Origin: an uncultured Clostridia bacterium | GTDB lineage: Bacteria; Bacillota; Clostridia; UMGS1883; UMGS1540 | Direction: 5' to 3' | DNA: 64,000 nt | Assembly: GCA_937966555.1 (NCBI GenBank) | Contig: CALCLY010000025.1 | Coordinates: forward strand, 57,970 to 121,969 | In this document: in pieces, positions 26,643 to 36,510 of the stretch | Numbering within the stretch: position 1 is the stretch's first letter | Layout of the letters: each line of letters begins with the position of its first letter | The notes under the pieces: model-generated | The model's input: only the letters and a program-made list of their open reading frames with translations | The model's database searches: none | Told to the model about the DNA's origin: nothing | Position numbers and translations under genes: made by a program

Positions 26643-28112
26643 ATGAAATATGTACTCGGAATAGACTTTGGCGGAGGTTCTTCAAAAGCTTTGCTGCTTT
26701 CGGAATCGGGGGAAATTGCAGCCGAAGCGTCGGTTGAATATCCGACGTATTTCCCCGAAAACGGATTTTGCGAGCAAAGACCCGCCGACTGGTATGATGC
26801 GGCATGTGAAAACATACGTATTCTGCTTGAAAAAAGCGGGGTTTCAAGCTCAGATATAAAGGCGATGGCGCTTGACGCCGCAACGCACACGGCGGTGCTG
26901 TGCGACGAAAATTTCAATGTTCTGCGCGATTCGGTTTACTGGACAGACACAAGAAGCTTTGCCGAATGTAAATTTCTTCGCGAAAAATACGGTGATCTTA
27001 TTTTGCGGCAATGTTATCACAGCCCGGACACAATCTGGACTTTGCCGCAGCTTTTGTGGATTAAAAACCATGAGCCGCAGCTTTTCTCAAAGGTTCGGAA
27101 AATTATGTTTGCAAAAGACTATGTGCGCCACATGCTGACGGGTGATTTTGTGACAGACAATGTGGAAGCCGAGGGAAGCATGCTTTTTGATTTTGAAACG
27201 CAGAGCTGGTCACATGAACTTTGCTGCATTTTGGGCATTTCGCCGTCATTTCTGCCGAAGATTGTAAAGCCTTATGATATGGCAGGAAGGATAACAAAAC
27301 AAGCCGCGCTCAGCACGGGACTGTGCGAAGGTATGCCCGTTTTATGCGGAACCACGGATACTCTTATGGAGGTGTTTGCCGCAGGCGGCACAAAAAAAGG
27401 AGCAATGACCGTAAAGCTTGCTACGGCAGGCAGAATCTGCGTTATAACGGATGCACCTCTTAAGGGACGCGACTTTGTAAATTACAGCCATTTTAAGGAT
27501 GGACTGTGGTATCCCGGGACGGCTACAAAATCGTGCGCGGCGTCGCTTCGGTGGTACCGCGATACGTTCGGGGGCAAATATGATGAAATGGATAATGAGG
27601 CGGAAAGAATTCCGGCAGGTGCGGAAGGACTTTTGTTCCATCCGTATTTAAACGGCGAACTTACCCCATATGCCGACCCGGAACTTTGCGCAAGCTTTGT
27701 GGGAATACGTGCCGGGCATACAAAAGCACATTTTACAAGAGCTCTTTTAGAGGGCGTGGCTTTTTCGCTTTTGGAATGCAAAAATGCGCTTGACAAAAAG
27801 ATGACAGACCATGACAGTGCAGCTGCGGCAATAGGCGGAGGAGCAAAAAGTCCTCTTTGGCGGCAGATTGTTTCGGATGTGCTTAACATAAAACTTGCAG
27901 TTAAAAACTGCAGTGACTCATCTTTGGGAAGCGCAATGCTTGCAGGTGTGTATGCAGGATTTTTCGATTCGTACGAAAGCGCGCTGCAAAAATGCACACA
28001 CACGGTTTCCGAAACCGTGCCATCAAAGGCAAGACACGAAAAATATATGAAAGTTTTCGGGCGCTACAAGGCAGTGCATGACGCTTTGGCGCCGATATAT
28101 AAAATGAAATGA
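26643..28112 (+). CDS. FGGY-family sugar kinase (xylulokinase/glycerol kinase fold)
   Basis: N-terminal LGIDFGGGSSKALL motif, a second actin-fold domain with a GGGAKS-like loop. 489 aa. Confidence 0.8.
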   Translation: MKYVLGIDFGGGSSKALLLSESGEIAAEASVEYPTYFPENGFCEQRPADWYDAACENIRILLEKSGVSSSDIKAMALDAATHTAVLCDENFNVLRDSVYWTDTRSFAECKFLREKYGDLILRQCYHSPDTIWTLPQLLWIKNHEPQLFSKVRKIMFAKDYVRHMLTGDFVTDNVEAEGSMLFDFETQSWSHELCCILGISPSFLPKIVKPYDMAGRITKQAALSTGLCEGMPVLCGTTDTLMEVFAAGGTKKGAMTVKLATAGRICVITDAPLKGRDFVNYSHFKDGLWYPGTATKSCAASLRWYRDTFGGKYDEMDNEAERIPAGAEGLLFHPYLNGELTPYADPELCASFVGIRAGHTKAHFTRALLEGVAFSLLECKNALDKKMTDHDSAAAAIGGGAKSPLWRQIVSDVLNIKLAVKNCSDSSLGSAMLAGVYAGFFDSYESALQKCTHTVSETVPSKARHEKYMKVFGRYKAVHDALAPIYKMK

Positions 28113-29461
28113 AGATATTGGTTTGCGTTAAAATCATAAAGGGCGATGTAAATCCGTTTGACGAGTGTGCGCTTGAGGCGGCGCTGAGGCTTTCGGACGA
28201 TGTTACGGTGCTTTCTATGGGACCGGTTTCGTGCCGTGAGCCGCTTCAAAAACTGACGCGCCTCGGGGCGCGGTGTATACTGCTTTCGGACAGCGATTTT
28301 GCCGGTTCCGACACGCTTGCAACATCGTATATTTTGTCCGAAGCGGCAAAAAAAGCAGGGTTTGACCTGATAATCTGCGGCAGACAGAGCATAGACGGCG
28401 ACACAGGGCAAGTTGGCGCGATGATGTCACATATGCTGGATATAAGGCTTTATCCGTTTGTAACAAAGCTTGAGGGACTTAGGGCTCATATGCGGAGCGG
28501 CAAAACGGAGGATATAAAGCTGCCTGCGCTTATTACGGTTGAGAGGATAAATACTCTGCGCTTTCCGTCTATACGCTCACGTGCCGGCGAGGTCACGGTG
28601 TGGGACAATTCCGTTCTTGGTGCCGACAGAGAGCGGTGCGGCATTTCGGGTTCGCCGACAAGGGTTATAAAAAGCTTTGAAAACGAAAGCGGAAAAAGAC
28701 ACTGCCGTTTTATAAAGCTTTCGGAGCTCGATGAGATAATTAAAAACTACAGAAGAAAACCGCGCGCCGTGCGTGAAAGCCATGGCAAGCTTAAAAAGGT
28801 ATGGTGTGTGGGAGAAGAGGCGGCGGCTGAAGCCTTGTGCATTTCTGACGATATTAAGGTGTTGGAAGAAAACAATCCGCTTTTGATTGCAAAGTATGCA
28901 AAAGAAGAAAAGCCGAACGCAATTTTGTGGAAAGCGGATTTGGAGGGCAGAACTGCCGCTCCGATTTGCGCGGCGGAGCTTTCGGCAGGTCTTTGCGCAG
29001 ACTGCACGGAACTTGAAACTGACGGCGAAACTCTTTTTATGTACCGACCGGCGGGAAGCGGCAAAATATATGCGAAGATAAAATGTATTACGGCTCCGTG
29101 TTTAGCCACTGTGAGAACTGCCGCGCTCGGCGGAAGAATAACGGTTTCGGCAGGGAAGGGCGCAAAGGATGCGCTTGAAGCTGTGCACACTTTTGCAAAA
29201 AAATACGGAGCGGATTTCGGAGCTTCGCGTGCCGCGGTTGACATGGGACTTGCGCCGTACGAAGCGCAGATAGGACTTACGGGAAAAAGTATATCGAGCG
29301 ATATATATATAGCAGTCGGGATTTCCGGTGCGGTGCAGCATATGTGCGCCGCCGAAGGGTGCGGACTTATAATAGCCGTAAATTCCGATAAAAATGCGGA
29401 CATATTCGACTATGCCGATATGGGAATAGTATGTGACGCCGACAGGCTGGGAGATATATGA
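28109..29461 (+). CDS. Single-chain electron transfer flavoprotein: EtfB-like N-terminal domain fused to an EtfA-like C-terminal FAD domain
   Basis: N-terminus MKILVCVKIIKGDVNPFDECALEAALRL is the EtfB signature. The C-terminus carries EtfA motifs (LCADCTELE, RPAGSGKIYAKIKC, IAVGISGAVQHMCAAEGCGLIIAVNSD). It is 450 aa, where separate subunits would total ~580. Confidence 0.65.
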   Translation: MKILVCVKIIKGDVNPFDECALEAALRLSDDVTVLSMGPVSCREPLQKLTRLGARCILLSDSDFAGSDTLATSYILSEAAKKAGFDLIICGRQSIDGDTGQVGAMMSHMLDIRLYPFVTKLEGLRAHMRSGKTEDIKLPALITVERINTLRFPSIRSRAGEVTVWDNSVLGADRERCGISGSPTRVIKSFENESGKRHCRFIKLSELDEIIKNYRRKPRAVRESHGKLKKVWCVGEEAAAEALCISDDIKVLEENNPLLIAKYAKEEKPNAILWKADLEGRTAAPICAAELSAGLCADCTELETDGETLFMYRPAGSGKIYAKIKCITAPCLATVRTAALGGRITVSAGKGAKDALEAVHTFAKKYGADFGASRAAVDMGLAPYEAQIGLTGKSISSDIYIAVGISGAVQHMCAAEGCGLIIAVNSDKNADIFDYADMGIVCDADRLGDI

Positions 29462-30639
29462 TTATTAAAAACGGAAAAGTTGTAACAAAAGAAAAAATAC
29501 TTTCCGGATTCGATATAAAATGCGAAAACGGAAAAATTACGGAAATTGCGGAGAATCTGCCGCCCTGCGATGATACTCTATTTGCCGACGGTATGTTTGT
29601 GCTGCCGGGTCTTGTGGATATTCATACTCACGGCGGATACGGCGCGGATTTTATGGATGCCACAAAAGAGGCTTTTGACACGGCGCTTTCGTTTCATATG
29701 CAAAACGGCACGACTTCCGTGCTCGCATCAAGCGTAACGGCGCCCGTTGAAAGCATAGAAAAAATGCTTTGCGCAACGCGCGGATATATGAAGAAGAGCG
29801 GCGGTGTGTGCCGCGTTTTGGGTGCGCACATAGAAGGTCCGTTCATTTCTTATAAAAACAAGGGTGCGCAAAAAGCGGAATATTTAAAAATACCGTCCAA
29901 AGACGGATATTCGTTTATTCTGAACAATGCGGATATTATAAAAAATGTCACCTTGGCAACAGAGCTTGACGGGGCGGTGCAAATGACAAAAAAGCTGACT
30001 TCTCTGGGAATAACCGTTTCGTGCGGACATGATGACGGCAATCTTTTAACTCTTTTGCCGTGTATTGATGCCGGAATGACAAACTGTACGCACTGGAGCT
30101 GCGCGATGAGCTCCGCGGCGGTGCGTGACGGAGTGAGAAATGTAGGTCTTACGGAGCTTGCACTTATAGATGAAAGACTCACGCTGGAACTTTTGGCAGA
30201 CAATCATCATCTGCCGCCCGAGATGGTAAAGCTTGCATATAAGTGCCGCGGAGCGGACAAATTGTGCATAGTTTCCGACTGTCTCCGTGCCGGCGGCATG
30301 CCGCGTGACGGCAGAGTGTATTCTCTCGGAGCCGGAGCGGAGGGAGAAACCTCTCGGTTTATTGTATCGGACGGTGTGGCGCGCCTTACGGACGGAACAA
30401 GATTTGCCGGAAGTATTCAGCCTCTCGGGCAAATGATACGCAATCTTGTTTTTGACTGTAATATACCGCTTGTTGACGCCGTTAAAGCCGCGTCGGCAAA
30501 CCCGGCGAAAATTATAGGCGAAGACGGGTTTGTTGGTTCAATAGAAAAGGGCAAGGCGGCGGACTTTTATATTTGCGACGCGGCTCTCAATCCCAAAATG
30601 ACGATAGTAAATCAGATAATAAAAAATAAATTAATGTAA
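29458..30639 (+). CDS. NagA-family amidohydrolase (N-acetylglucosamine/galactosamine-6-phosphate deacetylase-like)
   Basis: Motifs LPGLVDIHTHGGYGADFMD and HIEGPFIS, and ~390 aa length. Confidence 0.75.
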   Translation: MIIKNGKVVTKEKILSGFDIKCENGKITEIAENLPPCDDTLFADGMFVLPGLVDIHTHGGYGADFMDATKEAFDTALSFHMQNGTTSVLASSVTAPVESIEKMLCATRGYMKKSGGVCRVLGAHIEGPFISYKNKGAQKAEYLKIPSKDGYSFILNNADIIKNVTLATELDGAVQMTKKLTSLGITVSCGHDDGNLLTLLPCIDAGMTNCTHWSCAMSSAAVRDGVRNVGLTELALIDERLTLELLADNHHLPPEMVKLAYKCRGADKLCIVSDCLRAGGMPRDGRVYSLGAGAEGETSRFIVSDGVARLTDGTRFAGSIQPLGQMIRNLVFDCNIPLVDAVKAASANPAKIIGEDGFVGSIEKGKAADFYICDAALNPKMTIVNQIIKNKLM

Positions 30640-30661
30640 AACAAGGAAAGGAAGACCTAAT

Positions 30662-31483
30662 GTGAAAGAAACATATTATTGCAGCCCCGAAGAATTTGCA
30701 AAAAACAGCAAGATTCCGCTGCGCGTTATGAAGACGGAAGAATCCATGTACGAAGAAATCGGCAGACTCATGGCAGATACGATAAAAAATAACGGAGATG
30801 ACAAAACGGTTATAATTTGCCCCGTGGGGCCAATTGCACAGTACACTCACTTTGCAGATATAGTAAACCGCGAAAAAATTAGCCTTAAAAACTGCTGGTT
30901 TATCAATATGGATGAGTATCTGACAGATGACGATAAAACAATAGCTTACAACAATCCTCTAAGCTTTCATGCCACCATGGACAGAATGCTTTATTCAAAG
31001 ATTGACCCCGAGCTTTTGATGCCCGAAAGCCAAAGGCTTTTTCCGATTCCGGGAAAAGAAAAGGAAACAGATGAGCTTTTTGAAAAGCTCGGCAAGGTTG
31101 ATATCTGTCTTACGGGCGTCGGCATAAACGGACATATTGCATTTAATGAGCCGGCAGAGCCGGGAGACGATATAACCGATGCGGAATACATGGAGCTCGG
31201 AACGCGCTGCATGGATATTTCACGCGAAACGATAGTAAATAACGGCGCTCACAAAATCCGCGGCGCTTTGGATATATTTCCGAAAAGATGCATAACCCTG
31301 GGCGTAAAGCAGCTTATGAAAGCAAAGGTTTTGAAGGTTTATCTCTACTGCGACTGGCAGTGGGGAATTGCGAGGAAAATAGCTCTTGAGCCTGCGTCGC
31401 GCTTTATGCCGGCTTCATTTTTGCAGCTTCATGATAATGCGGAGATGGTAATAACGGAGGATTTGTATAATTTTATGCTGTAA
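30662..31483 (+). CDS. Glucosamine-6-phosphate deaminase/isomerase family protein (NagB/AgaI-like), GTG start
   Basis: NagB-family motifs (VICPVGPIAQYTHF; NCWFINMDEYL; DICLTGVGINGHIAFNEP). 273 aa. Confidence 0.7.
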   Translation: MKETYYCSPEEFAKNSKIPLRVMKTEESMYEEIGRLMADTIKNNGDDKTVIICPVGPIAQYTHFADIVNREKISLKNCWFINMDEYLTDDDKTIAYNNPLSFHATMDRMLYSKIDPELLMPESQRLFPIPGKEKETDELFEKLGKVDICLTGVGINGHIAFNEPAEPGDDITDAEYMELGTRCMDISRETIVNNGAHKIRGALDIFPKRCITLGVKQLMKAKVLKVYLYCDWQWGIARKIALEPASRFMPASFLQLHDNAEMVITEDLYNFML

Positions 31484-31517
31484 GATGCTTGTATCGGGCA
31501 TATTATCGGTAAACAAA

Positions 31518-31567
31518 AGCAAGGTGCTGCAAAACGGTTTCGTTTTGCAGCACCTTGCTTTAAAAAA
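31518..31567. terminator. Bidirectional terminator between the nagB-like gene and the convergent AraC gene (AAGCAAGGTGCTGCAAAAC-ggtttc-GTTTTGCAGCACCTTGCTT, flanked by A/T runs)
   Basis: 19 bp perfect inverted repeat, with TAAAAAA downstream and AAACAAAA upstream. Confidence 0.85.
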
Positions 31568-32473
31568 TCACCTCAGCGACGATTTATATTCCGAAGGCGA
31601 CATGCCGCATATTTTCTTAAACTGCATTGAAAAATAGTACGGCGAACTGTAACTTAATAAATTTGATATTTGATTTATATTGTATTTTCCGCTGCGCAGA
31701 AGCATTTTTGCTTCTACCGTTTTTAAATTGTTGTAATATTGCATAACGGAATATCCGGTATGCTTTTTAAACTCCGTGCACATCATGGTTTTGCTGTAGT
31801 TTAAATCATGACATATCTGTTCTATTGAAACGTTTCCGTAAATATTTTTTCTGAGATATTCCGCAACTTTTTCACACATGTCGCTGTTAAATTCGCTTTT
31901 TGAAAAGAATAAAGTTCCGGTATCCGCTTCGGTAGTTTTTCTGACAAGATTTATAAAAAGCAGTTCCAAATATGCTTTGATATACTGAAAGCTTGCAAAT
32001 TTAAGATTTTTTTCATCCTTTTCTTCAAGCTGCCGAAGATTGTACTGTATTGCAGGAAGTACTTTGTTTGGTGCGGTATCAAAAGGGTTGTTCGGAATTT
32101 CTGAAATAAGGTTTTTAATTATTTCGCGGGATTCTTTGTCAAGCTGTGGGTTGTATTTCGGAATAGAATAAAGAATCTCGCTTTTTGATGTAAAGGTTAA
32201 TATAAATGCGTGCGGACGAACAGGGTTTTCACCCACGTCTGTAATTTGATGATATTCGTTCGGCTGATGCAGATACATGTCACCTTTTTTCAGGGTATAT
32301 TCTCTGTCTCCGGCAAAAAGCTTAAGTTCGCCTACGTCAATATATATAAGCTCCCAGAAATCATGAGTTTCCGGAGGGTCATAATAACCATAGGGAAAGT
32401 TTCTGTAAAAATAGGTAATAACTTGCCTTATATTGATTTTCTGGGTTAATGTGTGTTTGATATATTTTGGCAT
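31568..32473 (-). CDS. AraC-family transcriptional regulator (N-terminal cupin sensor + C-terminal dual HTH)
   Basis: C-terminal AraC HTH (QYYNNLKTVEAKMLL...ISNLLSYSSPYYFSMQFKKICGMSPSEYK). Start taken at the second Met at 32473 with RBS GGAGAA; the track start is 32503. Confidence 0.8.
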   Translation of the reverse strand: MPKYIKHTLTQKINIRQVITYFYRNFPYGYYDPPETHDFWELIYIDVGELKLFAGDREYTLKKGDMYLHQPNEYHQITDVGENPVRPHAFILTFTSKSEILYSIPKYNPQLDKESREIIKNLISEIPNNPFDTAPNKVLPAIQYNLRQLEEKDEKNLKFASFQYIKAYLELLFINLVRKTTEADTGTLFFSKSEFNSDMCEKVAEYLRKNIYGNVSIEQICHDLNYSKTMMCTEFKKHTGYSVMQYYNNLKTVEAKMLLRSGKYNINQISNLLSYSSPYYFSMQFKKICGMSPSEYKSSLR

Positions 32474-32735
32474 TTTGTTCTCCTTATAAAATCGTACGAA
32501 CAATTTATTAAAAAAATTATCTTATTTTATATGGACTTTTTATACTATATATTGTATCATGAAATTGTAAATTAGTCAAGTATCACAAACGCAACCCAAA
32601 ATCCGGTAAAGGAGCTTGATGCGAAAAATTTTCCGCGTCGGTCTCCGGCAGGATCTCCTTTAGTTTTTGCTGCGCGGAGGAGATTTGATTTTGATATTAT
32701 TAATGCCGACGCGCAGCGGCGGAATGGAGTTTTAT

Positions 32736-35700
32736 ATGAAAAAAATAGCTGCAATCATGACGTCGGTTTTCATGTGCTCGTCGTTTCTGCCCGTTTCGGC
32801 CGCACAAAGCGAGACGGTGACGATTCCCTACGTATATCACGAAACCTTCAACGATACCGCGGACGGTTTGGTGCCGTCAAGTATGGTGGCGAACGCCAAG
32901 ACAAATAAAATAGAGGTTAAAAGCGTTCCGTCCGAGAGTGACAAGAGTCTTAAATTCACATCCTCCACTCCGTCGGATTTTTACACAGACATAAGCCTCG
33001 GAGGCCTCGAAGACAATGTAGTAATAGATTTCAAGGTAAGATTTGACAAAAAATCGAATTCGGATTTCAGAATATACATGAAAAACTCGGCGGGAAAAGA
33101 GAGCGAGGTTTTGAGAATCAACAACAGTTTGCAGCTTTGCTCGCCTGACGGAACGGCGTATTCAAAGCTTACTACGGGTAAGTTTTATAAGCTGACAGTT
33201 AAAATCAATACCAAATCAGGACTTGCAAATTACTATGTGCGCGGCAAGGAGCGTGCGCGCGATATTTTGATAGGCGGCGGAACTTTTCAGAATATAAGCA
33301 TTCTCAGATTTCATTCTCTGGGCTTTGCGGGAGGCAACGTTTACCCCGAGTTTTATATTGACGAAATATCAGTTTACCAAAGCGAAAAACCAGATTTTGT
33401 GTTGAAAAACGAGGGTAAAGATGTTTCTTTGGGCGGCGGAACGGTAGGAAGCTCCGCAAGCGGAATTGCATCGGAAAGTGCGGTGGAGGATTATATGGGG
33501 AATGCAGCGGCTTTTTATATAGGTCAGCCGAGAATGTATGTGGACGGCGGCGTACAGTATGTAGACGCGGACAACACGTCGGCGGCGCCTTACATAAAGG
33601 AAGGGAGAACCATGGTGCCGCTTCGCGCGGCGGGAGAAGCTCTCGGGGCGGACCTTACGTACAGCGAAAAAGACCGGTCGGTGACGGTGGAATATGAAGA
33701 TAAAACCGCAGTGTTTACGGTTGATAAAAAAACATTTGAAAAGGACGGCGAAAAAATATCTCTTGACGCGGCGCCCGAAATCACGGCTTCGAGAGTATAT
33801 GTGCCTATCCGCGCAATCAGCGAGACTTTCGGCAAAAAGGTTACGTACGATAAATGCGGGCTGGTTGTTATTGCCGACCGCGAGGATTTCTTTAATTTCG
33901 TAACGGATCTCGATGTTTTCAGAAAGCTTACGGGCGACCTTTGCTTCCATGCGCCCACGGGTGCGGAGCTGGTAAGGAGGATAAAAGAAAACTTCCCGGA
34001 TAACGAGCATCCGCGTCTTTATGCAAACAGCGATAAAATTGCGGTTTTGCGTGAAAGAATTAAAAACGATGCGAATGTTGCAAAATGGTTTGAGAGTGTA
34101 AAGCAGCTTACGGAGGTATATTTCAAGACAGACCCGGTTGTATATGATATTTACGACGGAATAAGGCTTCTTTCAATATGCCGTACGGCAAGAGACAGAA
34201 TGCAGAATCTCGCCTTTTGCTATCAGATGACGGGCGAGACAAGATATGCCGACAGATGCATAGAAGAGATGAAGGCCGTTTGCAATTTTAAAGACTGGAA
34301 CCCGTATCATTTCCTTGATACCTCCGAGATGACAGAGGCTCTTTCCTTTGCATACGACTGGCTTTACGACTATTTGACGCCTGATATGCGCGAAACAGCG
34401 AAAACAGCAATTATTGAAAAGGGCTTAAATCAGATACTTGAAGACTACAGAGACGAGCCTTCGGGCAGAAGAAGAACCTGGAAATGGGCGCAGAGCCCTG
34501 TTGCGGACAACTGGAATTTAGTTTGCAACTCGGGTCTTTTGCAGGGCGCGATGGCTGTTGCGGAGGATGTCCCCGAAATTGCCGCGGAGGTGTTTGACGG
34601 CGGTTTGGAGCTTATCAAAAAAGCCGTTTTGCTTTACGGGCCGGACGGCGCATGGTATGAAGGACCCGGCTACTGGCTCTATGCTACAAGCTACTACACC
34701 GACCTTATGTGCTGTCTTGACTCGGTGTTCTCCGACACCTTCGGCTACTTAAACGTACCCGGTATTGCGCAGACAGGCTATTACATAACTTCGATTACGG
34801 GGCCGTGCGGAAACTTTAACTTTCACGATTCCGACATTGGAAGCGTAAACTCTCCCGAGATATTCTTCCTTGCGGATAAGCTTCATGACGCCGCTCTTTC
34901 AAATCTGCGAATGGAGCAGATGGCAGACAGGGGAACAAACGGAACCATAAGAGATATTTTGTATTATAATCCCGGACTTTCGGGAACAGCGGCAACAATG
35001 CAGAAGGATTACTATTTCCGCGATACGGAGGTTGCGTCTTTCAGAAGCGACTGGGATGACTCAAATTCAATATTCCTCGGCGTTCATGCCGGCAAAACAA
35101 ACGTATATCACGGTCATATGGACGCGGGAAGCTTTGTGCTTGACGGCTTCGGAACACGCTACGCCTCGGATCTGGGCGCGGACAACTACAATATCAGAGA
35201 CAGCGTGTGGAATCTTTACCGCTACAGAGCGGAGGGGCATAACACACTTGTTATAAATCCCTCAAAGGATGGCGGACAGAGGCTTGCCGGCGCGGCAAGG
35301 ATTGACAGATTCGAGTCGGGCATAAACAGCGGCTATGCGATAATGGATCTTACCGATATGTATAAGGACGCCGAAAGCGTCAGCCGCGGCTTTAAGCTTA
35401 CAAATAACCGCTCGGCGGTAATCGTACAGGACGAGATAAAGACAGCGGAGCCTGCCGATATATGGTGGTTCATGCACACAACAAACGACATTGAGGTGGC
35501 GGAGGACGGAAAGAGCGCGACTGTCAAGGGCAAATATAAAAATCTTAAGGTATCGCTTCTTGCCGACACACCGGGAACCTTCTCCGTTATGAGCGCTTCG
35601 CCTATGGAGACTTCGCCGCAGAACTCGGAGCAGAACAAAAACTTAATGTACAAAAAGCTTGCGTTCCATGCGGAAAATGTAACTGATATTACGATTCCCG

Positions 35701-36473
35701 TATTAATGCAGTTTGTAATACCGGTTGAAGGTTTTGAAGAAGAACTCAGCGTTCCGCTTGTTCCGCTCGCACAGTGGACGCTTGACGAAACCGGTGCTTC
35801 CGAAAAACCGATGCTTACAAGCATCACGGTGGACGGTGCAGAGCTTTCAGGCTTTAAACCCGACAGATATGTTTATACATACAGAATACCGGCGGAAAGC
35901 GACAGAATGCCTGAGGTTAAAGCGGAGGGCAGCGGAGAGGTAAGCGTTAAATACACCTCCTCGGTACCGGGATATGCGGTGATTACGGTAAACGACAGGG
36001 TTGACAGCAACGTTATAAACCAGTACATAATTAAAATAGATAAGGAAATCTTAAAACAGGCGCCCGAAGGCGTTTCACAGCTGAGTGTAAAGGAAGTTAA
36101 GGCAAGCTCTGTTCCGCAGCCTGAGAACAGCCCCGAAAACACGCTTGACGGCGATCTTTCAACGCGCTGGTCGGCTGAGGGCAATGCGAATATTGTGTTC
36201 GATCTCGGAGAGAGCAGGTCAGTAAAATATCTCGGTCTGGCGGTTTACCAGGATACGACAAACGACGGAAGACAGCAGTATTTTGATGTGCTTGTATCCG
36301 AAGACGGAGAAAATTATACTCAGGTCTACAGCGGCGAAAGCTCGGGAACAACGCTTGAGGAGGAAATATTCCCGATTCCCGAAACACGCGGAAGATATGT
36401 GAAGATTTATTGTAAGGGAACAAGCGTCGGAAACTGGAATTCGCTTACGGAGTGCACTTTGTACGGCAATTGA
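32736..36473 (+). CDS. Secreted multidomain polysaccharide lyase 1: signal peptide, LamG/DUF1080-like jellyroll, Cu-amine-oxidase-N-like domain, heparinase II/III-family domain, C-terminal F5/8 type C (discoidin) domain
   Basis: Signal peptide MKKIAAIMTSVFMCSSFLPVSAAQS. Heparinase II/III motifs (NWNLVCNSGLLQGAMAV; YHGHMDAGSFVLDGFGTRYASDLG). C-terminal NTLDGDLSTRWSAEG discoidin region. Start chosen at the ATG at 32736, with GGAG 6 nt upstream, in frame with the track start at 32667. Confidence 0.75.
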   Translation: MKKIAAIMTSVFMCSSFLPVSAAQSETVTIPYVYHETFNDTADGLVPSSMVANAKTNKIEVKSVPSESDKSLKFTSSTPSDFYTDISLGGLEDNVVIDFKVRFDKKSNSDFRIYMKNSAGKESEVLRINNSLQLCSPDGTAYSKLTTGKFYKLTVKINTKSGLANYYVRGKERARDILIGGGTFQNISILRFHSLGFAGGNVYPEFYIDEISVYQSEKPDFVLKNEGKDVSLGGGTVGSSASGIASESAVEDYMGNAAAFYIGQPRMYVDGGVQYVDADNTSAAPYIKEGRTMVPLRAAGEALGADLTYSEKDRSVTVEYEDKTAVFTVDKKTFEKDGEKISLDAAPEITASRVYVPIRAISETFGKKVTYDKCGLVVIADREDFFNFVTDLDVFRKLTGDLCFHAPTGAELVRRIKENFPDNEHPRLYANSDKIAVLRERIKNDANVAKWFESVKQLTEVYFKTDPVVYDIYDGIRLLSICRTARDRMQNLAFCYQMTGETRYADRCIEEMKAVCNFKDWNPYHFLDTSEMTEALSFAYDWLYDYLTPDMRETAKTAIIEKGLNQILEDYRDEPSGRRRTWKWAQSPVADNWNLVCNSGLLQGAMAVAEDVPEIAAEVFDGGLELIKKAVLLYGPDGAWYEGPGYWLYATSYYTDLMCCLDSVFSDTFGYLNVPGIAQTGYYITSITGPCGNFNFHDSDIGSVNSPEIFFLADKLHDAALSNLRMEQMADRGTNGTIRDILYYNPGLSGTAATMQKDYYFRDTEVASFRSDWDDSNSIFLGVHAGKTNVYHGHMDAGSFVLDGFGTRYASDLGADNYNIRDSVWNLYRYRAEGHNTLVINPSKDGGQRLAGAARIDRFESGINSGYAIMDLTDMYKDAESVSRGFKLTNNRSAVIVQDEIKTAEPADIWWFMHTTNDIEVAEDGKSATVKGKYKNLKVSLLADTPGTFSVMSASPMETSPQNSEQNKNLMYKKLAFHAENVTDITIPVLMQFVIPVEGFEEELSVPLVPLAQWTLDETGASEKPMLTSITVDGAELSGFKPDRYVYTYRIPAESDRMPEVKAEGSGEVSVKYTSSVPGYAVITVNDRVDSNVINQYIIKIDKEILKQAPEGVSQLSVKEVKASSVPQPENSPENTLDGDLSTRWSAEGNANIVFDLGESRSVKYLGLAVYQDTTNDGRQQYFDVLVSEDGENYTQVYSGESSGTTLEEEIFPIPETRGRYVKIYCKGTSVGNWNSLTECTLYGN

Positions 36474-36510
36474 CAGGCGGACAAAACATAGAATAACAGA
36501 ATATTTGTAG

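Noticed and set aside
32572-32754. 60 aa minus-strand ORF inside the lyase 1 leader/start
   Set aside because: It overlaps the structured leader and the signal-peptide start of a well-supported gene. No RBS.
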